In this document: positions 39,377 through 47,445 of the stretch, in pieces
Numbering within the stretch: position 1 is the first letter of the stretch
How the letters are laid out: each line of letters begins with the position of its first letter
Assembly: GCA_964643995.1 (NCBI GenBank)
Contig: CAZXUJ010000001.1
Location: forward strand, 273,492-337,491
DNA length: 64,000 nt
Reading direction: 5' to 3'
Source: an uncultured Candidatus Saccharibacteria bacterium
GTDB lineage: Bacteria > Patescibacteriota > WWE3 > UBA101185 > UBA10185
Translations under genes and position numbers: made by a program
The notes under the pieces: generated by a model
Database searches by the model: none
What the model saw: only the letters and a program-made list of their open reading frames with translations
Told to the model about the DNA's origin: nothing

Positions 39377-39812
39377 TTCCAACTTGTTTGATGAAACTAC
39401 ATTTTACGATCGATTTAAAAGTGATTTGAACAATTGTAAACAAGAAGTGATTATCGAAAGTCCTTTTATAACAATTAATAAATCGCTAGATTTAATTCCT
39501 AACTTCAAAAAGTTGTTACTCAAAGACATAAAAATAAGTGTAATCACTAGAATGCCAGAAAAGCATAAAAGAAAAGTGATAGAACAATCAGAAAGAATTA
39601 TCCAATAATTTGAATATATTGGAGTACAAGTGTTTGTTACAACAAATAATCACCATAGAAAGTTAGCAATACTAGATCGAAATATATTATGGGAAAGCAG
39701 TCTAAATATTCTATCTCAAAACAATAGTAGAGAAAATATGAGAAGAATAGAAGGAAGAGACCATGCTAAAGAAATGTTTGATTTTTTGCAACCTGAAAAG
39801 TTTATAGAGTAA
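39369..39812 (+). pseudogene. PLD-family (HKD) nuclease-like gene (Nuc/endonuclease-like, ~148 aa) interrupted by an in-frame TAA
   Basis: Two ORFs (39369-39608 and 39630-39812) are in the same frame, separated by the TAA at 39606-39608 and 7 codons. The second carries the HxKxxxxDxxxxxxSSxN motif (HRKLAILDRNILWESSLN). Confidence 0.6.
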
Positions 39813-39844
39813 GGAATTTAAGCTAACAATATATTCAAGCCATT

Positions 39845-39873
39845 TTGCACTATAGGGTATAGTGTGGTATAAT
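39845..39873 (+). promoter_or_regulatory. Strong sigma70-type promoter (-35 TTGCAC, 17-bp spacer, extended -10 TGgTATAAT)
   Basis: Seen directly: TTGCAC at 39845-39850, TG at 39865-39866 and TATAAT at 39868-39873. The predicted TSS is about 40 nt upstream of a GGAGG ribosome-binding site. Confidence 0.5.
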
Positions 39874-39921
39874 TGAAAAATATCTTAAATCAAGATTAGA
39901 AGCAACAACGGAGGCGAACGG

Positions 39922-40062
39922 ATGTTATTTTTGAACGTTTGTGGAGTCATGTTCGGGGCAGCTGTCGCTGCCATAGAGCACGGGTATGGCACGAAGGCTG
40001 GGTTTATAAGCTCATGCGTATTGTCAGCAACGCTGGCAATACTTTCCTTAATCTTGCTATAA
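39922..40062 (+). CDS. Small hydrophobic peptide (46 aa, MLFLNVCGVMFGAAVAAIEHGYGTKAGFISSCVLSATLAILSLILL)
   Basis: Canonical GGAGG ribosome-binding site at 39910-39914 with a 7-nt spacer to the ATG. It sits downstream of a near-consensus promoter, has two hydrophobic segments, and was missed by the ORF track because it is under 60 aa. Confidence 0.45.
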   Translation: MLFLNVCGVMFGAAVAAIEHGYGTKAGFISSCVLSATLAILSLILL

Positions 40063-40221
40063 CAGCTGGAGGTTGTAGAAGCATTAACTTTTGGATTGTT
40101 ATTGCATCTCTGCAATCTCAAATTTTTTAAATCCAAGGTTGTTGCTTCTACTACCCATATAAAACTTTTAAATTTAATTTCTTATATATTAAATTACTCA
40201 GAATGAAAATGGTTCAACCTT

Positions 40222-40234
40222 GGCTTAATGGACA
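40222..40234. repeat. IS left terminal inverted repeat
   Basis: Perfect 13-bp match to the reverse complement of 41209-41221. Confidence 0.55.
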
Positions 40235-40337
40235 TTTTTGTTGGTGAAAAGAGTGTTTTTTCTTGTATTGAAGGGGAATAGTGCTAGTATCCTCTTAGGA
40301 GTAAAAAAAGAACTATCCTAAATGTACTTCTTGTGGC

Positions 40338-41165
40338 TTGAATTGTATTAAGTGGGGTAAGAATAGATTTAGGTGTTCTAACTGTTTTAAAACATATTCC
40401 TTAACTAAAATTCGTAAAAATACTAATCTCTCCTCTAAAACTTTAATCCGTAACTTCCACTCCTTTCTTGATCTCCCTCCAAACCCTCCTAAACTTAACA
40501 CCCCCAAACATATTAACCTTAAAGTAGATGCCACATACTTCGGTAAGTCGGGCTGCTGTATTGTATTTAAAGAAAATAAGAATATTATCTACTGGCTCTA
40601 TGTTAACCGTGAAAACTACCTTAACTACACAATATCCCTATCAAACCTCATTCAACTTGGATATATAGTAGATTCCATTACCTCAGATAAACACCAATCC
40701 CTGCTCGCTGTTGTAAGAAAATACCTCCCTAACACCCCTCACCAATTATGCCTGGTTCACATCCAAAGACGCTGCCAAACTCTCCTCACTCAAAACCCTT
40801 CTTCTCAAGCAGGTTACGATCTCCTTAAACTAGTTAAATTCATTAACCAAATTAATAACCACTATGAACAACAAATATTTCTTAAATGGAGTGACCATTA
40901 CAAACTAAAATATAAAGACTTCCTTAACCACAAAACATACTCCACTAAACCTAATGGTAATAAAACTTGGTGGTTCACTCATAGAAATACCCGTAAGGCT
41001 TTCATCCACCTTAAATCATCAACCCCTAACATGTTTTTCTACCTGGATAATAACGATATCCCTAAAGATACCAATGGTTTAGAAGCTGAATTTACTCACC
41101 TTAAACAAAAATTAATTTCTCATAGAGGTTTAACTAGAAATAGACAGATAAATTCTGTTTGTTAG
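40338..41165 (+). CDS. Transposase (N-terminal CxxC...CxxC zinc finger plus a DDE-like catalytic region; IS1595-family-like)
   Basis: CSNCFKTY zinc-finger half; VDATYFGKSG...(D), SDKHQS (D) and NGLEAEFTHLKQ (E/N-K) blocks. The first CxxC (PKCTSC) lies upstream of the only available start, a TTG at 40338, so the N-terminus may be degraded. Confidence 0.65.
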   Translation: MNCIKWGKNRFRCSNCFKTYSLTKIRKNTNLSSKTLIRNFHSFLDLPPNPPKLNTPKHINLKVDATYFGKSGCCIVFKENKNIIYWLYVNRENYLNYTISLSNLIQLGYIVDSITSDKHQSLLAVVRKYLPNTPHQLCLVHIQRRCQTLLTQNPSSQAGYDLLKLVKFINQINNHYEQQIFLKWSDHYKLKYKDFLNHKTYSTKPNGNKTWWFTHRNTRKAFIHLKSSTPNMFFYLDNNDIPKDTNGLEAEFTHLKQKLISHRGLTRNRQINSVC

Positions 41166-41208
41166 TATCTCTCTTTTAAGTCAAATAGTTAAAAATCACC
41201 CACGTTTT

Positions 41209-41221
41209 TGTCCATTAAGCC
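41209..41221. repeat. IS right terminal inverted repeat
   Basis: Perfect 13-bp match to the reverse complement of 40222-40234. Confidence 0.55.
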
Positions 41222-41600
41222 TAGATTACACCGCCAAAGTTAAAGAAGCAGAAAAGATTCTTAGACTAGCCGAAAATATAGGTGATACCTACGAGAAAGC
41301 ATCTTTCGATGAAAAGCGACAATATCTGCAATATTCATAAAAAGGCTGTGGGTTAAAAACGGTTATATTGTTAGTTTTGAGCTAAACGACAATATAAAAC
41401 AGCTTATTAAAGGGGGTTCCATTCATGTAAACACATCTTGGGGTCCCACATGTGCCGACGCAGTAAAAACCTTTTGGAATGCTAGTATTCTTTGTTACTC
41501 AAACGAAGAAGCGATAGTGAGTGCTTGCAAAGGCAAGGGGTTTCAAGAACTAATTAAGACAGAATCACTGGCTACATTCATTTGGCATGTAAATTCCATA
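41222..41600 (+). pseudogene. Start-less, frameshifted ORF fragments immediately right of the IS (a decayed gene of unknown function)
   Basis: A protein-like frame begins exactly at the IS boundary (LDYTAKVKEAEKILRLAENIGDTYEKASFDEKRQYLQYS*). It is followed, in the +1 frame, by a 95-codon start-less frame (KRLWVKNGYIVSFELNDNIKQLIKGG...). Confidence 0.3.
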
Positions 41601-41680
41601 TTGGAAAGCAGTCCATAATTTATTATCCTCAGTTCAGATTTGGGTGTATTTCTCATAACATCCGCTATAATAGTCGAGAT

Positions 41681-43489
41681 ATGAATCAAGACAATATCCG
41701 CAATTTTTGCATAATTGCACATATAGATCATGGTAAATCTACTCTTGCAGATAGATTGTTGGAGATGACCGGTACTATAGATAAACGCGTTCTCAAGCAA
41801 CAAACCCTAGATAGCATGGAACTTGAGAGAGAAAAAGGTATAACAATCAAACTCAAAGCTGTTGAGATGAACTATACTCACAATGGTGTACCATATCGAC
41901 TCAATCTTATAGATACCCCTGGACATGTGGATTTTGCCTATGAGGTCTCAAGATCACTTGCCGCCTGTGAGGGAGCTATCTTAATTGTGGACGCGTCACA
42001 AGGCATTGAGGCTCAAACTGTTTCAAACATTTATAAAGCTTTGGAAGCAAATCTTACAATTATTCCAGTTTTGAACAAGATCGATTTAGCGGGCAGTAAT
42101 GTCGAAAAGGTCACTGAAGATTTAGTGCATGCCTTTGGATTCCAGAAAGAAGAGATACTCAGAATTTCGGCAAAAACAGGTGAAGGTGTTGAAACTTTAC
42201 TAGGTGAAGTAATAAAACGTATCCCCCACCCTACTGGAATGGAAGAAGCCCCACTAAGAGCCTTAGTGTTCGATACCTTCTATGACGATTTTGTTGGGGT
42301 TATAGCAATGGTCAGGATAGTTGATGGAAAATTAGAAAAGGCAGACTTTCAGCAAAAGCGCAAACTTAAATGTTTAGCTACTCATGAAACTTTCACACCA
42401 GAAAGTTTCGGCATCTTGAAACCAGGCCGAGTAGAAGCTAATCAACTAAACACGGGAGAGGTAGGATACATTTCAACTACACTGAAAGACATAAAAGCTG
42501 TTAGAGTCGGTGACACCATTTCATTCGAAAATTTGGTAGATGCAAAACCTTTAGAAGGATACAAAGATGTCAAACCATTTGTATTTGTTTCTATTTATCC
42601 CATAGAGAACAACAGATTCCCTGACCTACGAGAAGCACTGGAAAAGCTTTCTCTTTCCGATGCAGCACTACAATTCGAACCAGAAAGCACAAGCGCGCTG
42701 GGATTTGGTTTCAGATGTGGTTTTTTGGGTCTTTTACATGCGGATATTATCCAAGAGAGGTTAGAGCGAGAATACAATTTAGAGCTAATATCTACCACAC
42801 CAACAGTAGAGTACAAAATCAGACTAACCGGCAATGAAGAACTATCCGTTAAAACAGCCTCCCAGATGCCCGAAGTAACAAAGATAAGTTACATCGAAGA
42901 ACCTTGGATCCTTTTGCATATTGTATCTCCCACAACATATACAGGTAACATTTTGACACTATGTGAAGACCGTCGTGGAGTTATGCGAAAAATGGAATAT
43001 CCTACGGAACAAACTATTATATTCGAATATGAACTTCCATTAGCTGAGTTGATAAGTAATTTTTTTGATGAATTAAAGACAGTATCTTCAGGGTACGCAA
43101 GCATAGACTATGACTTTCTGGAATATCGTAAAGCAAATGTGGTGAGACTAGATATTTTAGTCCAAGGGGAACTCGTAGAACCACTTTCACAAATAATCAT
43201 CAAGGATAACGCAACAGAATTTGGTAAGAAGTTTGTTTCCAAGCTGAGAGAAATTCTACCTAGACAACAATACAAGGTCGCTCTACAAGCTGCTATAGGT
43301 GGCAAAATAGTCGCACGTGACGATTTGCCTGCAGTAAGAAAAGATGTGTTGGCAGGAATTTCAGGAGGACATCGTGAACGAAAAGACAAGCTGTTAGAGA
43401 GGCAAAAAAGGGGTAAGGAAAGAATGAAGAAGTTCGGCAAGGTAGTAATTACTCAAGAAGCGTTTAGACAAGTTTTGAAATCAAAGTAA
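41681..43489 (+). CDS. lepA: Elongation factor 4 (LepA)
   Basis: MNQDNIRNFCIIAHIDHGKSTLADRLL...; 603 aa from the ATG at 41681. The ORF-track start (TTG at 41582) is an upstream extension. Confidence 0.97.
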   Translation: MNQDNIRNFCIIAHIDHGKSTLADRLLEMTGTIDKRVLKQQTLDSMELEREKGITIKLKAVEMNYTHNGVPYRLNLIDTPGHVDFAYEVSRSLAACEGAILIVDASQGIEAQTVSNIYKALEANLTIIPVLNKIDLAGSNVEKVTEDLVHAFGFQKEEILRISAKTGEGVETLLGEVIKRIPHPTGMEEAPLRALVFDTFYDDFVGVIAMVRIVDGKLEKADFQQKRKLKCLATHETFTPESFGILKPGRVEANQLNTGEVGYISTTLKDIKAVRVGDTISFENLVDAKPLEGYKDVKPFVFVSIYPIENNRFPDLREALEKLSLSDAALQFEPESTSALGFGFRCGFLGLLHADIIQERLEREYNLELISTTPTVEYKIRLTGNEELSVKTASQMPEVTKISYIEEPWILLHIVSPTTYTGNILTLCEDRRGVMRKMEYPTEQTIIFEYELPLAELISNFFDELKTVSSGYASIDYDFLEYRKANVVRLDILVQGELVEPLSQIIIKDNATEFGKKFVSKLREILPRQQYKVALQAAIGGKIVARDDLPAVRKDVLAGISGGHRERKDKLLERQKRGKERMKKFGKVVITQEAFRQVLKSK

Positions 43490-43509
43490 AAATTCGGTAA
43501 GTAACCTTC

Positions 43510-43545
43510 TTGACACTTTTAGCACTCTAGCTATAATAGTGATAG
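43510..43545 (+). promoter_or_regulatory. hrcA promoter (-35 TTGACA, 16-bp spacer, -10 TATAAT) overlapped by a partial CIRCE-like inverted repeat (TTAGCACTC-N9-tAGTGaTAg)
   Basis: TTGACA at 43510-43515 and TATAAT at 43532-43537; TTAGCACTC at 43519-43527 matches the CIRCE left half exactly. The right half matches 6 of 9 positions. The ATG at 43547 lies about 10 nt from the -10, so the transcript may be leaderless. Confidence 0.5.
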
Positions 43546-43546
43546 T

Positions 43547-44272
43547 ATGCTTTCTAACCGACAAATACAACTTTTAGAAGCAATAATCAGTGAATACATC
43601 TCCAGTGCTGAGCCTGTTGGGTCAACCCTTATAGTCGAAAAATACAATATGAAATGCTCCCCTGCTACAATTAGAAATGAAATGGGTAGATTGCTCGACC
43701 AAGGATTTTTACAGATGGTACACACTTCATCTGGAAGAGTTCCTACAACAGAAGCATACAAACTCTACTTAGAGCAAATGATGGAGGAGGACGAGCTTGA
43801 TGTTCTGCAAGAGGTGGCACTAAAACAACGGTTGTGGGCTAATAGATATGAGTTTGAAAAAATGCTTCGACAAGCTGTTTTGGCGTTGTCTGAAATTACC
43901 AAGGAACTGGCGGTTGCAACAACAGACGACGGGTACGTGTTACACGCGGGTTCGGTTAATATGCTCGATTACAAGGAGTTTTGGGATATAGACATTACAC
44001 GTACAGTACTTACCCTTCTCGACCGACACGAATTAGTGCAAAACATATTTGAGAAAACATCGGATAACCATAACGAAGTGAGGTACTTAATAGGCCGAGA
44101 ACTTGGTAGTGAACTTCTACAGGATTGCGGAGTGGTTTTTGCTCCATATCATGTAGGTAAAAGGTCAGGATACGTTGGCGTGCTTGGTCCCGCTAGAATG
44201 AATTACCAAAAAGTAATGCCTGCCGTGAGATATACAAAAAGCCTGATTGAAGAACTAGGTGGCTCCTGGTAA
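43547..44272 (+). CDS. hrcA: Heat-inducible transcription repressor HrcA (short form)
   Basis: N-terminal winged-helix region QIQLLEAIISEYISSAEPVGSTLIV...SPATIRNEMGRLLDQGFL...HTSSGRVPT is the HrcA signature. It sits in an hrcA-grpE-dnaK arrangement. Confidence 0.8.
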   Translation: MLSNRQIQLLEAIISEYISSAEPVGSTLIVEKYNMKCSPATIRNEMGRLLDQGFLQMVHTSSGRVPTTEAYKLYLEQMMEEDELDVLQEVALKQRLWANRYEFEKMLRQAVLALSEITKELAVATTDDGYVLHAGSVNMLDYKEFWDIDITRTVLTLLDRHELVQNIFEKTSDNHNEVRYLIGRELGSELLQDCGVVFAPYHVGKRSGYVGVLGPARMNYQKVMPAVRYTKSLIEELGGSW

Positions 44273-44295
44273 GTTTAATTAAATTCCGGAAAATT

Positions 44296-44859
44296 ATGAA
44301 CAAAGATAAAAACAAAGACAAAGAGGAAAATAAAAACACCTGCGCATGTGGAGGAAACTGCTGCCAAGAAAAGGATACTAATAAGCATGACTGTGGTTGT
44401 GAGGATGATTGCGGATGCGACGATAACTGCGCTTGCGAAAATAACACTGCAGAAATCATCATAGAACTAGAAAATAATTGGAAGCGCGCTTTGGCCGATT
44501 ACAAAAACTTACAAAAAAGAGTACTCGAGGACAGGGAAAATGATCTACGTTTCCTTAAAGCGTCAATTCTAATGAGATTGATACCAGTACTAGATAATTT
44601 AGAAATGATGGCGGTACACTCCGAAGATCAGGGATTAAAGCTTACCATTAAGGATTTTCTTAGAGTTTTACAAGAAGAAGGTGTGAAAGAAATTGATGTC
44701 GACAAAAAAGATTTTGATGCAAAAACAATGGAAGCGGTCGAAATAATAGAAGGTCCAGAGAATAAAGTCCTTACAGTAGTACAAAAAGGATATATACTAA
44801 ACAATTTAGTTTTGCGTCCTGCTAGAGTAAAAGTAGGAAAAGCATTAAAGGAGGAATAA
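44296..44859 (+). CDS. grpE: Nucleotide exchange factor GrpE with a Cys-rich (CxC-repeat) N-terminal extension
   Basis: GrpE core (long paired helix ...[15 protein letters not shown]... and a C-terminal beta domain) between hrcA and dnaK. Residues 16-47 contain 10 Cys in CAC/CC/CGC/CGC/CAC arrangement. Confidence 0.85.
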   Translation: MNKDKNKDKEENKNTCACGGNCCQEKDTNKHDCGCEDDCGCDDNCACENNTAEIIIELENNWKRALADYKNLQKRVLEDRENDLRFLKASILMRLIPVLDNLEMMAVHSEDQGLKLTIKDFLRVLQEEGVKEIDVDKKDFDAKTMEAVEIIEGPENKVLTVVQKGYILNNLVLRPARVKVGKALKEE

Positions 44860-46730
44860 TGTCAAAAATATTAGGAATAGATCTAGGCACTACAAACAGT
44901 GCAATGTCAATCATGGAGGGCGGTCAGCCAAAAGTTATACCAAACGCTGAGGGAACTAACACAACCCCTTCTATAATTGCACCGTTAACAAATCTCGTAG
45001 GTATTCCAGCCAAAAGACAACAGGTGGTTAATCCTAAAAACACTGTATTCAGCGTAAAAAGATTAATCGGAATGAAATATTCTTCGCCTGAGATACAGGC
45101 TCTTAAAAAAGACTACCCATATGAGATAGTCGAGGGTAAAAACGGCATGGCTGCAGTAAAAATAGAAGATAAGATTTATACTGCTCAAGAAATTTCTGCC
45201 ATGATTTTGCGTAAGCTTAAGGCGGATGCAGAGAAATTTTTGGGGCAAGAAATTAAGGAGGCAGTTATTACCGTACCAGCATACTTTAACGACTCACAAA
45301 GAACTGCTACTAAAGAAGCAGGTCAAATTGCTGGCTTGGAAGTAAAAAGAATAATTAATGAGCCAACAGCCGCCTCACTGGCCTATGGGCTTGATAAAAA
45401 AACCAATGAAAAAATCCTTATTTATGATTTGGGAGGTGGTACGTTTGACGTTTCGGTTCTCGAAGTCGGTGACGGTGTTTTTGAGGTTAAATCTACAAAT
45501 GGAGATACACACCTAGGTGGCGATGACTTTGACAGGAAACTTATTGAATGGCTGCTTGGTGAATTTAAGAAGGACACTGGCGTTGATTTAGGATCTGATA
45601 GACAAGCAATGCAAAGACTCAAAGATGGTGCTGAAAAAGCCAAAATTGAATTATCCAGTACACTAGAAACTGAAATTAACATTCCATTTATAACAGCGGA
45701 TCAAACTGGACCTAAACATATGAACATTACGCTTACTCGAGCTAAGTATGAACAGTTAGTTGATGATTTAATTCAAAAAACATTGAAACCAATTGAAAAC
45801 GCGTTAAAAGATGCAGGACTTAATAAATCAGAAATAAACGAAGTAGTGATGGTTGGAGGAATGACTAGGACCCCAAAGGTGAACGAGATTGTTAAAAACT
45901 ACTTTGGCAAAGAACCTCACAAAGGTGTAAACCCCGACGAAGTTGTTGCAATTGGTGCTGCGATTCAAGGCGGAGTTTTGGGTGGCGACGTTAAAGACGT
46001 TTTGCTACTGGATGTAACACCTTTAACATTAGGAATAGAAACACTCGGCGGTGTCTCTACCCCGTTAATAAAACGAAACACAACAATACCTACTTCGGCA
46101 AGCCAAGTTTTTAGTACAGCCGCCGATAATCAGACTAGCGTTGAAATCAACGTATTGCAAGGAGAGCGTGAGATGGCAGCAGACAACAAGAGCTTAGGTA
46201 GATTTATGCTAGATGGTATTCCACCAGCACCACGGGGTATGCCTCAAGTTGAAGTTACATTTGATATAGACGCAAACGGCATCATACATGTTAAGGCTAA
46301 GGATAAAGCATCTAACAAAGAGCAAAAGATTACTATCCAAGGTGGAAGTGGCCTAAGTGACGCTGAAATAGAAAAAATGGTTAAAGACGCCGAGTTACAT
46401 GCGGAAGAAGATAAAAAGAAAAAGGAAGTAATTGAAGCCAGAAACATGTCGGATGGCATGATTCACACTGCTGAGAAAGCTTTGCGAGATGCAGGTGATA
46501 AAGTTCCAGCGGAAATTAAAACTGAGGTAGAAAAAAAAGTAAAAGCTCTCAAGGATATTTTGCAGACAGGCACAAAAGAGGAGCTTGAACAAAAATCTCA
46601 GGAACTAAGCATTTCAATGCAAAAGATCGGTGAAAATCTGTATAAAGCAGGAGATCAGGACTCAACAAACGAACCGAAACCGGATACAGACAATAATGAC
46701 GAACCACTCGATGGTGAAGTCGTGGAATAA
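44859..46730 (+). CDS. dnaK: Chaperone DnaK (Hsp70)
   Basis: 623 aa; [16 protein letters not shown] and the full conserved Hsp70 sequence. ATGA overlap with grpE. Confidence 0.98.
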   Translation: MSKILGIDLGTTNSAMSIMEGGQPKVIPNAEGTNTTPSIIAPLTNLVGIPAKRQQVVNPKNTVFSVKRLIGMKYSSPEIQALKKDYPYEIVEGKNGMAAVKIEDKIYTAQEISAMILRKLKADAEKFLGQEIKEAVITVPAYFNDSQRTATKEAGQIAGLEVKRIINEPTAASLAYGLDKKTNEKILIYDLGGGTFDVSVLEVGDGVFEVKSTNGDTHLGGDDFDRKLIEWLLGEFKKDTGVDLGSDRQAMQRLKDGAEKAKIELSSTLETEINIPFITADQTGPKHMNITLTRAKYEQLVDDLIQKTLKPIENALKDAGLNKSEINEVVMVGGMTRTPKVNEIVKNYFGKEPHKGVNPDEVVAIGAAIQGGVLGGDVKDVLLLDVTPLTLGIETLGGVSTPLIKRNTTIPTSASQVFSTAADNQTSVEINVLQGEREMAADNKSLGRFMLDGIPPAPRGMPQVEVTFDIDANGIIHVKAKDKASNKEQKITIQGGSGLSDAEIEKMVKDAELHAEEDKKKKEVIEARNMSDGMIHTAEKALRDAGDKVPAEIKTEVEKKVKALKDILQTGTKEELEQKSQELSISMQKIGENLYKAGDQDSTNEPKPDTDNNDEPLDGEVVE

Positions 46731-46760
46731 AGAAAAAGACCTCGAAAGAGGTCTTTTTTA
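46731..46760. terminator. Bidirectional rho-independent terminator (AGACCTC-GAAA-GAGGTCT flanked by an A-run and a T-run) between the convergent dnaK and the 46771-47425 gene
   Basis: Perfect 7-bp stem at 46737-46743 and 46748-46754 with a GAAA loop. T5 follows downstream and A5 lies upstream. Confidence 0.7.
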
Positions 46761-46770
46761 TATCATGGAG

Positions 46771-47425
46771 TTAATTCTCAACTGTAGTTAAGCTATCAAC
46801 CGTGTAACCATTAGTATCTTGCAGTTCTAAATGAAGTTTTTCTCGGGTAGGAAGACCTGTAGTAGGATCTGTGAAGGTTTTTCTATATATTGAAAATATT
46901 CTGGCGTCTTCAGTTGTAATGTATAAAGTAGCCTCCGGGTCTAGGTTACGTGTAAATTCCCTGAAAAATTGTACAAACTTTTCTCCCTGGCTATCATATT
47001 CGGAAGGTTTCACATAGTAATAGGCATTACCACTATAGGAATCTTTATTTTGATAAGCATCTTTCATAGCAAAGTTCAAAAAAAAGGCTTTGTTTTCTGG
47101 CTCATCAGAGTCCTGTACTAATAACTCAATCACCCTATCCGCATATTCAATGAGATATGGAGGTTCTCCAGTGTTGTTAGTTTCGTCAGGAAAAAAAAAC
47201 TTTAGCATCATAGTCTACAATGGTATCGTAAGCAGCAATTCCAAAATTTCTTCTAACTATTCGGACATCAAAATCGTTTTCAACTTGCTCATATCCAAAG
47301 TAGCCATGATCAGGATTAAAAAACTCTGAATCCTCATCCGGTAAATCTGATAACTTTAGTAGCTCGCTTGATATAGCCATGAAAGAATTCTGGCACAACT
47401 TATGACTAGCGAACAAAATAGACAA
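46771..47425 (-). pseudogene. Hypothetical protein gene split by a frameshift inside a T9 (plus-strand A9) homopolymer
   Basis: ORFs 47186-47425 and 46771-47211 overlap across the A9 tract at 47191-47199. The same nucleotides read ...DYDAKVFFS* in one frame and MMLKFFFPDE... in the other. Their combined length is ~218 aa. Confidence 0.5.
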
Positions 47426-47445
47426 CTGCTAGAATACGATATGCT

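Larger units (their letters stand above)
40222..41221 (+). mobile_element. Insertion sequence (~1.0 kb) with 13-bp perfect terminal inverted repeats and a single zinc-finger/DDE-type transposase gene (IS1595-family-like)
   Basis: GGCTTAATGGACA at 40222-40234 and its exact reverse complement TGTCCATTAAGCC at 41209-41221 flank ORF 40338-41165. Codon usage is C-rich (CCC/CTC/CAC) and differs from the host genes. Confidence 0.6.

Noticed and set aside
39885-40136. Locally GC-rich segment considered as a structured ncRNA (tmRNA, RNase P RNA, SRP RNA or 6S)
   Set aside because: None of the hallmark motifs is present: no tmRNA tRNA-like 3' end or ...CCA tag reading frame, no P4 AGGAAAGUCCGG or ACAGNRA, and no SRP GGUCCGGAAGGAAGCAGC. 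The segment is instead explained by a 46-codon ORF with a perfect promoter and RBS. The overlapping track ORFs 39885-40136 (-) and 39939-40130 (+) are alternative-frame artefacts.
41582-41680. N-terminal 33-codon extension of lepA from a TTG start, and the antisense 86-aa ORF 41543-41803
   Set aside because: LepA's conserved N-terminus (MNQDNIRNFCIIAHIDHGKST) starts at the ATG at 41681, which has a TATAAT-like box just upstream. The extension and the antisense ORF have no protein-like features.
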